Positions 48,881 through 58,165 of a stretch of DNA of 58,165 nt are shown here, piece by piece. Every line of letters starts with the position of its first letter. The first letter of the stretch is position 1. The notes under the pieces are model-generated. The model did not search any database and was not told where the DNA came from. It saw nothing but the letters and a program-made list of their open reading frames with translations. This DNA comes from Octopus bimaculoides (taxonomy: Eukaryota): NCBI RefSeq assembly GCF_001194135.2, contig NC_068989.1:96735244-96793408 (forward strand), given 5' to 3'. The translations under genes and the position numbers were made by a program.

Positions 48881-50830
48881 TCACCCAGTAATTTGTGAGA
48901 TAAAGATATCTCAGCTGGAAGAGCGATTCAAACCAAGGGACCACCGTGGCTTTGTGCCAGGTGAGAAATTAGGATATAAGAGAGGGAGAGGAGATAGGTA
49001 TCTTACTATGGAGGAGATAGTTTACTTCCCCAGTAGGACAAGGAAGGAGAGATAAGGTTAGGGATAAATAGACAGAGTGAGAGACAAATAAGTGATACTT
49101 TGGGAGTGGGTGGTGGGGTGGCTACCAGCAGGGAACAGTTAGAGTGGGGAGAGTGGGTTAGAGGGGGATGTTCCATAAGAGTGTAAAGGGAGATGGTAGA
49201 AGATGGGGAAGAGGTGACTGTAGCATGTGATGGCCAAAGAAATTGTAGTGGGTGGGAGGTGGATATAGTAGATATGTAAGGACATGGAAAGTTTGCTGAC
49301 AGCTATGTGAGAGAGAGTGGAGGGGCCTGCAACAGGTGGGGCAGGGAGAGTATGTGTTGGGAAGATGTGTTGCAGGGGAGTTAGTGCTATAAGTGATATT
49401 TGTTTTATGAAAAAGGGGCTACTGTCCTTATGACGACATGAACTCAGGTATTACTGGATTGCAAATGCAGAGACTTTTCAGGGCATTACTGCAACCCTCA
49501 TATGTATTTGAAGTTCTTCCAAGTTGCAGCTGAAATTTCCCTTTTGTTTGAGGAGACCAGAATGTTTGATTCTTCTTAGATTCCTGTCTCATAGTGGTGC
49601 CAAGAACCATGAACTGTCATGCTCCCAATAAAATTCCAATTTTCTTTTCAAACACAGGAATAATCTAATGATGCTTAACATTTGCAAATAATATTTATAT
49701 CATCTTCTTTTGTACTTGCGGGTATATTGTATTATTACATAAGGCGTATTACTTGATCTCATGCCAAAAGAATCTAACAGAAAAATAGGCATTCTTTCAC
49801 ATCACAGTTGAACAGACACTTTAATTATGAAAATACTTGAATTTTAAAGACTATTACATTAATATAGAGCAATGAGTATCCTGGTACAAAGTAACCTTAC
49901 AAGTGCTGGTCTTATGATAAATTACCTCAAGTGCATTTTGTGAAGCGCTAGGCAAACAAAGGGCAGTATCAAAGGGTTGAGAAGAGTCTTGTTTTGTCAA
50001 GAACATGACAATCTCTCTAGTGCTGATGTCATGAAACAAACCGCCCATTCACAAAGTGGTTGGTATTAGGAATAGCATCCGGTTGCAGAAACCCTCCCAA
50101 AATCAAAACAAATGAATGAGGCATGGTGCTCTTCTCAGGTTTACAACAGCAATGACCCCCCCCCCTTAAAAAAAGAATTGACTTGAACTGTGACAACCCA
50201 ACTGATACAAGCTAGCATGCGAAGTAGGCATAAAATGATAAAGAATTTAGTATTTTGTCACACAAACAGAAAATATCAACACTTTTTGCTTTTTAATTTA
50301 TAATTGGTAAATCTCTTTCAATTCCCTTTTGTTTTAATCATTACTAAACAATAATTAATAACTGTAGGGAGAAAAAGTATAGGAAATATTATTATTGTCC
50401 CTTAATGTAGAATTAACAATTAATAGACATTAAGAGTTCTCAAAAATATCTCAATATATTGCCTTATAATGCAAGAAATTTGCTAAACTGCACGAAGGCC
50501 AAAATCAGTGCAAGTAGCAGAGTCAAGGGTTAAAAAACACAAAAATCAGTTATTATTATTGCCCTCATTGTTTTAACATCCACTGTCCCTTGCTTGCATT
50601 GGTCAGATGCAATTCATTGAAACACATTCTCTCTGGCCTGATACTTTTCATATCATCAGCCTTCACCCGTTTCTAAGCAACATTATATTTCCTTAATGGT
50701 AGATAGATTTTTCACAAAAGATTGCAAGTGAAGATTATTATTTGTATGATGGAGATGCTCAATTTACAACCACCATGGGATATGAAAACAATGGCAGGCA
50801 AACACACACACTTCTACTGACATACTCATG

Positions 50831-50882
<52 letters not shown>

Positions 50883-52440
50883 GGGACAACAAACCAGTGA
50901 GAAGGCTTCTACATGGATGCTCACCTTGTTAGAAATAGTAGTCAAATATCCCTCAAACCACATCTTAGTATCTTAATGGATGCATAGACACAGGTAAAAA
51001 CTTTTATTGGAAAAAATAATAGGTTGTTCAGGGTTCGAGTGGCATTGATCATAGGTGTTGCTTGATTGGGCCTGACTCAGGGTTAAACAGGAACAACATA
51101 ACAACTACAACCACCAAGGGACAAAACAACATAAGAAGCCTCCACATGATGACTTGATAACCATGAAATAGCAGCCAATTCTTCCTCAATGACAACCTAA
51201 TGTCCTTTTTTTAAGGATACATTGGATAATGTAGTCCAAGATAATAAACTGTACCTGTGAAAAGATGATCCCACTGGAGTGCCATAGGTCTGCTCAGCAA
51301 GGGAATGCCTGTAGCGATACAACAACGCTTACCACTGATGGAGCTTCGATATAGACATTTACTAGAACAAGCAACAAAATTTCCCTCAAATTACACTTTA
51401 CTGTCTCAAAAAAGAAAAGATGATGCATTGAATAATGTCGTCCAGGGTGTACTATACCTATTAAAAAGAAGCCTAGTAATGACCGGAATGTTGCTGTTGG
51501 TCAAAGACCTACTGGACTAGGTTTGGGGCTAAATAACAATGGTCATCATAATTACCAAACAAAAGTAGAAAAAGTGTGTAAAATTTAATTTTTTTTTTTC
51601 CATTTCTGTCATTGAAAATGCTTCGAATAACAGAACAAGTAGTTTCTGATGTTTCAGTCTTCAATTCAAGTTAGAACCACTTCTCACTGGTTTCAAGAAG
51701 TCCTTGTCACATAAAATTCTTGCTTTTCTTCTTTATGATTTTTTTTTAAACTTGTAATTCTTGCCCATAAATTACATATTTTACACAACTGAGAAAGACC
51801 ATGCTGGAGCAACGTTGAAGAGAAGCAGAATGTAAAAGTGTTGACATAAAGCAAAAATGCAACCAAACCAAAAAGGATGTTGTTTATGTACACAGCTTTG
51901 CTTTTATAGTTTGCCAAACCACAAAATAAAGGTTTTCATCGTTTGTTTGTTGTTTTTTGGCAGCAAGAAACAAATGTAAAAAAGAACATTGACAGACTTA
52001 ATAACAAGAGCACAGTGGTGGTGGTGGTGGTGGTACCTCACTAAGTGAATGTAATTAAGGGGTTCAGTGTAATTTAAACAAAGGGCAATGGGATGCACCA
52101 GAGATTTTAACAGTCTACATTGTACCTTGATATATGACCTTTCCATTGAATAAAATTGGATTAAAAGCTAACTGAATTAAAATTTATTGAACTGTACACG
52201 TGGATCAAAGGAAATGATTGAAAAAGATATTTGTGATAACCTTAAACTCTTTCCTCTTTTGTTTTTTGTCATATTTTTTATTTCTTTTTTTTTTTTTTTT
52301 CTTAGTTCTTTTCCTATTTTCCCCCTTTGTTCATTACAAGAAAATATATTTATTTCTTCTTTCTGTTTTTTTTTCTTCTTCTTTTTAATCATCTGATAAA
52401 AGAAGACATTTTTCAAGGATTTATTTATTTATTCATTTTT

Positions 52441-52488
<48 letters not shown>

Positions 52489-53177
52489 TACTACTGCTTT
52501 ATAGTAAAGCTATCAGATGTAACAATCAAAATTGAAGTTTTAGATCATACAACCAGATGATTTGATTTGCTGGTCAACTAAAGGTTATGAAAAGATTGTA
52601 ATCGAATGTTTTTGAGTTGATCTTTAAATTTTTGTTAAGTTTCAGTTATTTGCTCTGAAATGAAGAATTAATGTTTTGGCTTTTTTTAAAATATTTTATT
52701 TTTATTTTTAGTTGAAACTGGGTGGGAGTAAAAGAGAGATATTTCATATTGTTTTTAACCAGAGATGTTGAACCCTGTGAAGTGTCCAAAGTTAAGAGGT
52801 GCCTTTACAAGCTGAACTTCTCAGTAAATTTAGAACAGATTCTTGTCTTTCACATGAAGTCTTGTCATTTTCAAGAGATGGTATTCTCTACATTTTCCCA
52901 AAAATTTCACCAACATGATTTTATGGGAATTATGTCTTTTGCCTGTTGTCTGTTAGATTATTACCACTCCTAGAGAGATCTTAGGTCTATTAGCTACTTG
53001 AAAAATTTCACTTAATTGAAAATTTTCACTTCACTATATTACCTGTGAGATTCTACTGTTTATGTGTTTAATATTCGAAATGCTCTCCTAAGGTATTTCC
53101 CTTTAGTTATATTGTTAAACATACTGCCTTCATTTTACATAGTTTAATATATTTTTATAAAAATTTTTTTTTATATA

Positions 53178-53590
53178 TTACTCTTTTACTCTTTTACTTG
53201 TTTCAGTCATTTGACTGCGGCCATGCTGGAGCACCGCCTTTAGTCGAGGAAATCGACCCTAGGACTTATTCTTATGTAAGCCTAGTACTTATTCTATCGG
53301 TCTCTTTTTGCCGAACCGCTAAGTTACGGGGACGTAAACACACCAGCATCGGTTGTCAAGCGATGAGGGGGGGGGGGGACAAATACAGACACACAAACAC
53401 ACATACATATATATATATACATATATACGATGGGCTTCTTTTAGTTTCGATCTACCAAATCCACTCACAAGGCTTTGGTCGGCCCGAGGCTATAGTAGAA
53501 GACACTTGTCCAAAGTGTCACGCAGTGGGACTGAACCCGGAACCATGTGGTTGGTAAGCAAGCTACTTACCACACAGCTACTCCTGCACC
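53178..53590 (-). mobile_element. SINE family A, best-preserved full-length copy
   Basis: tRNA-like head with A-box-like TAGCTGTGTGG and B-box-like GGTTCAGTCCC, central (TA/CA) tract, (AAAGAGT)n tail. Confidence 0.93.
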
Positions 53591-53829
53591 TATATACACA
53601 TATTTTATGGATGTCATGATATTCAACTGGTTTTTGCTATTTGAATTAGCTTTCCAAGGGACATTGTAAAGTAATCAATTCTTGTGACAAAGGGGTCTCA
53701 CCATTTTGGATGCTTGGAAAGTATGAATGAGTCTAGAGAGTGGACAAAGGGAGGCAACAGGTGGTAAGGGGGACAACTAACTCCTCAGTATAAATGTTGA
53801 AATAGGAATGTGTAAGGATCAGGTAGTAA

Positions 53830-55610
53830 AGGTTGTATATTAAGGTGTGGTCTGTACTTTTGCATGAACAGGTTTTCCTTGTTTAGGCATTCTTGTAAGG
53901 AGATTGAATCTTTGCATTGATATAATGGAAAGATATGGAAAATCAGCGTCTTGCACATCTACTGATATGTTCACTCAGGGCTTTCTGCCTGTTTTGAGGA
54001 AAATGAACCTGTTCTTTATGCAGCATGACTCTGCATCTCAATGTAAGGCTTGTTTGGCCCACATAATTATGGCCACAACCTAAGCAGGTTAGAACATAGA
54101 TAAGGTTCTGGGAAGTACATATGAAGTTGGTCTCAATTGAGAATTTTTCTCCTTGCTGGAATGTGAATTCTGAGCCTTCCGTTAGGTATGGGCATGCACC
54201 ACAATTAGGCCGTCTGCATGTTTTAACTGTTGGTGTTGTATGTGTTGAGTATGGTTTTGCATTTGTTAGGAGTCTCTTGAGTGATTTGTGTTGTCTTTTG
54301 CATTTGAGGAGTTTGTGTGTATTTAGGATGTTGTTCTTTTTTGGGATTTGAGTGAGCAGAAGATTTTGTATAATTGTGTTGTATGCTTCATTGTTTTTGG
54401 GTTGTGGGTTGATATGTATGGGAGTGATTTAAAGTGAGGTGAGGTGTGGTGTTTTGTTTTGTTGTCCTTAGTGTGTTTGTGTCCAATTTCTTGGCACGTT
54501 TAATTCCATGGTCTATAACTGCAGGTGGGTGTTGACATTCAATGAGTGTTATTTTGAGTTCTTGTAGGCGAAGTTCCCGAGTGATTGTGTCAGATACAGT
54601 TGTACAGATCCTTTTTGCTAGATTGAATGGGATATTTATTTTGGTGTGTTTAGGTTGGCATCAACTGAAAAGGAGATACTGTTTTGAGTCTGTTGGTTTA
54701 TAGTAGATGTCAGTTGCAGTTTGGTTGTTGGATAAATTTATAATCAAAATGTCCAGAAATGGGAGCTGTTCCTTGCTATATTCCATTGTAAATTGAACAT
54801 TGGAGTTTATATTGTTCATTGTGGATTTGAAATCCAGAAGTTTATCATAGGTTTCATTCCAGATGATAAAACAATCGTCTAGGTACCTTTTCCAGTTTAC
54901 TCTTATATACTGGTGGAATTTTTAGAGTGAAAGTTCATATAGGGTAGATTCAAAGAAATCCATTATTAGGTTCTCGAGGACAGGCGCTGCTTTTGTTCCC
55001 ATCGCAATACCACATGTTTGGCAGTTGTATGTTGCATCGAATTGGAAGTAATTGTTTTGTAGGATGAAGTTCAGGGAATCAATGACAAAAGTCTGGTTTA
55101 TGCGGTCCAGGAGAACTTTGGGGGTATTTTTCTAACCAGAATTTTATTGCCTCTATTCCGTAGTCATGTGGAATGTTGGTGTAGAGGTTGATGACATTGA
55201 AGGAGACTAATAGAGCTTCTTCATTGGTGGTCTTTGATAGATGCTCTAGCATGTCCAGATTGTCTCTAATGAAACTTTTAATGTATCTGAGGAAAGGTTT
55301 CAATAGTATGTCCAGAAAGATGCTTAGGTCGTGTGTTTCACAGGCTGGGCCCGCTATAATAGGCCTAAATCTTAAATCTTCTGGTGTTGGAATGTTTATG
55401 TATAGACCTGGATTTGATTTGCAGGCATTAGTAATTATTTGACTCTTGTGGATTTTGGGGAGGCCATAGAAAAGGCTTGGTTTGCATTTCAAGTTTGTGA
55501 TGTAGTCTTTTTCTTTTTCTGTCAGGCCTTTTCCATGTTTGAGTATTAAAGATGCAAGATCTTTTAATGTCTTTTGCTGCCTGTAATTTGATGATGATGG
55601 GCCACTGAAC
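53830..55610 (-). mobile_element. 5'-truncated Penelope-like element (RT + GIY-YIG), disrupted
   Basis: FYGLPKIHK, RPIIAG, SFNVINLYTNIP, GIAMGTKAAP, WKRYLDDCF (~54868-54894), LPFLD, IYYKPTD, CRRPNCGAC, NLIYVLTCLGCGHNYVGQT, ...YRPHLN; frameshifts and stops. Confidence 0.95.
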
Positions 55611-55619
55611 TCAACACAT

Positions 55620-55778
55620 TTTTTTCCATTCTCCCTGTATTTATTACCTCTTATTCCTTTTGGTTGAAGGCTGTAGGCTCAAAACATAAAGGATTTTTTC
55701 CATTTTTCCCAAGTGTCAGACTAATACACTTGCTTGTTGTTCCTACATCTGTCTTTGTCTTTATTTTTCTATAAATTT

Positions 55779-55819
<41 letters not shown>

Positions 55820-55910
55820 AAAACAAGGTGGGAAAAAATAGTACAGAAACACTGAAGCTAGAGTAAGATAGTTTTTATTAAAGCTGCAAAATTATCACAG
55901 AACTGTCATT
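55620..55910. mobile_element. Probable PLE terminal-repeat remnants abutting the truncated 5' end
   Basis: 55820-55910 is homologous to 2410-2500; 55620-55775 is a distinct block separated from it by (CA)n. Confidence 0.45.
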
Positions 55911-56116
55911 GTGTTAGTGTAAATGAGTTTTTTCAGGTGATTACAAGATATACCCCATTAAAATAATGACTGCTCCACAAGATATCCTTTCACTCTCACT
56001 CTAGAAAAGCAGCAAATTAAGGGACACAGTTTCATTTTCCAGGCATTTCAGTTTTCGTCACAACTGCCTCATAAACTGGAACATGTAACTCTGAATAACA
56101 GATCTGGGATAATTTT

Positions 56117-56288
56117 NNNNNNNNNNNNNNNNNNNNNNNNNNNNNNNNNNNNNNNNNNNNNNNNNNNNNNNNNNNNNNNNNNNNNNNNNNNNNNNNNNNN
56201 NNNNNNNNNNNNNNNNNNNNNNNNNNNNNNNNNNNNNNNNNNNNNNNNNNNNNNNNNNNNNNNNNNNNNNNNNNNNNNNNNNNNNNNN
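56117..56288. other. Assembly gap
   Basis: N run. Confidence 1.
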
Positions 56289-56304
56289 ATATATATATAC
56301 ACAC

Positions 56305-56465
56305 ACTCTCGGAGTGGTTGGCGTTAGGAAGGGCATCCAGCTGTAGAAACTCTGCCAAATCAGATTGGAGCCTGGTGTAGCCATCTGGTTCACCAGTCCG
56401 CAGTCAAATCGTCCAACCCATGCTAGCATGGAAAGCGGACGTTAAACGATGATGATGATGATGAT
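56305..56465 (+). mobile_element. RTE 3'-end-related repeat, well preserved
   Basis: gttggcgttaggaagggcatccagctgtagaaac...acccatgctagcatggaaagcggacgttaaacgatgatgatg. Confidence 0.88.
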
Positions 56466-57214
56466 ATATATATACACACACACACACACATATATATGCA
56501 TACACATACATATATATACACACACACAGACAAATAGGTGTATGTTATTGACAAACTTAAAGATAAGTGAATGTCAGGTTTTTGGTATCTTTTTGCTTGA
56601 ATATATGTTGAGTTTTTAACACATGTCTATGAAAATTTTTGTCTTAAACAAAAAAAGACACCAGCATGCCTTTTTACTGTGTATATACATTTATTATGAT
56701 GCACAGATGTCTATTTGAATTGGTTATGCTTTCCTGGGAACAGTTGTCTGAAAGACTAGACCAAACAATCTGAACTTTTGCATATTTTCCCAGATTTTAC
56801 TTAAATGATTTTACTGAAATTCTTTATCTTTCTTGGTGTTTTCAAGTTTTTAAACACACATAGAAGTTATCTATTAACTGCATGGGACAATTCAATTAAA
56901 TGAAATTTTTCAACTCTGTTACATATGTGACACACATTTTTTTGATTTTGGGAGAATATTTTGTTCTTCTGAGTTCAAATCCTCTTTTGGTCTATTTGCT
57001 GGAGAGACTTAATCCATCACTCAGTTCAACAGCACTGTTTGTTCCTTGGCTGTCTTTCATGGAATTCACTCTAGTTCAAGCATTCAGGTCAGATCTCTGG
57101 TTTGAGAGTACTTCCCTTTCTCCCTCCACCTAATTTCAGAGGCCCTGTAATAGTGTCATGGGTGCTGGCCTTCCCGACTGATTATGAAAAGAAAAAGAAA
57201 AAAATTCACTTGAC

Positions 57215-57775
57215 CAATCAAGCATGGCTGTGTTGTTTGCTTTGCAAAAACATGATTTCAGACCAACAACACCTTTGGCAAATGTCTGCAACTATAGCCC
57301 CAGGGCAACTTATGCAATGTGAATATGGAGTTGGTCAATGGACACACTATGTAAAAGTCTGTAAATATGTGTGTGTGTGCACCTTTGTGTCTGTGTATAT
57401 GTGTCTGTATATATGTGTGTGTGCACCTTTGTGCCTGTGTATATGTGTCTGTATGTGTGTGTGTGTGCACCTTTGTGTCTGTATATATGTGTGTGTGTGT
57501 GTGCACCTTTGAGTATATGTGTGTGTGTGTGTGTGCACCTTTGTGCCTGTGTATATGTGTCTGTATATATGTGTGTGTGTGTGCATCTTTGTGTCTGTGT
57601 CTCATCACTAAAGAACTGACGTTGGTTTGTTTACATCCTCATAACTTAGTTGTGCAAAAGGAAGAATCAGTAAAATAAGACTTAGAATTAGTAGTGGAGT
57701 TGATTAGATCAACTAGATTATACAAAGTAGTGCCCCAGCATGGCCACAGTGCACTGACAGAAACAAGCTAAAGAA
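57215..57775 (+). mobile_element. SINE family A with expanded central repeat
   Basis: Degenerate head (gcatggctgtgt...ctatagccccagg) and 3' half (ccccagcatggccacag) flank the minisatellite. Confidence 0.65.
57365..57600. repeat. Minisatellite of ~26-44-bp units punctuated by gtgcacctttg
   Basis: About six recurrences of gtgtgcaccttt/gtgcatcttt between (TG)/(TA) runs. Confidence 0.9.
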
Positions 57776-58165
57776 TCAAAGAACTCAATACCCATCATTG
57801 AAACTAATGATGATGATCCATTTAAATTCAGAGAAATCAAACACCTGATGGTGACTGAGTAACAAACTCAGTCAAAAGCAGAAAACAGATGTATATATAA
57901 ATATTCAAAGTGTAAACAGTGAAGATGAGGAGGTTAATAGATTGGAAAATTGTTATCTTATTAATAACAACTCATCTCAGACAATTAGACAATTAATCAA
58001 CAGTGAGAGTGTTTAAATGTGTGTGTCCAATTAATAATAAACAACACTCTCTGTTTAATTAACGAACAGCAGATATGAATTTTCTTGAATTATAGCAATA
58101 ATAATTTCATCCCAATTAATGATTAACCTCTTACTAAATAAACATGTAAAAGTAAACAATATATA

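Noticed and set aside
53520-53590. tRNA gene
   Set aside because: A/B-box-like motifs belong to a SINE head; no complete cloverleaf or terminator.
55661-55692. TTGAAGG-CTGTAGGCTC-AAAAC as a hammerhead next to the PLE
   Set aside because: Too many core mismatches to support from this copy alone.

Overview
AT-rich, repeat-dominated eukaryotic scaffold window with six N-gaps (10297-10681, 23442-23939, 24153-24162, 27317-27600, 48094-48450, 56117-56288). The repeat families and microsatellite load point to a cephalopod, most likely Octopus (inference from pattern recognition, not from a search). Almost all long ORFs in the track are microsatellite, gap or antisense artefacts. The interpretable content is decayed mobile DNA: 5'-truncated RTE LINEs and many copies of their (GAT)n-tailed 3' end, two tRNA-headed SINE families, three R4/Dong-like RLE retroelements (34-40.5 kb), two Penelope-like elements (RT + GIY-YIG), L2/CR1 fragments, a full-length dead mariner, a Tc1 fragment, and hAT-, piggyBac- and Helentron-type non-autonomous elements. 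No host gene can be named. A phase-consistent chain of small + strand exon candidates (19837-19877, 20047-20107, 24634-24706, possibly 37621-37671 and 37798-37820) suggests the window is mostly intron of a + strand gene. The most notable unexplained structures are: a perfect 25-bp snap-back palindrome joined by 3-bp microhomology to a 228-bp copy of DNA from 3.7 kb away; a ~290-bp inverted duplication that includes non-TE flank; an inverted pair of degenerate minimal hammerhead ribozymes; and a SINE nested in an opposite-strand copy of itself. I found no evidence for a wholly new biological system; the findings are local structural oddities that can be tested.
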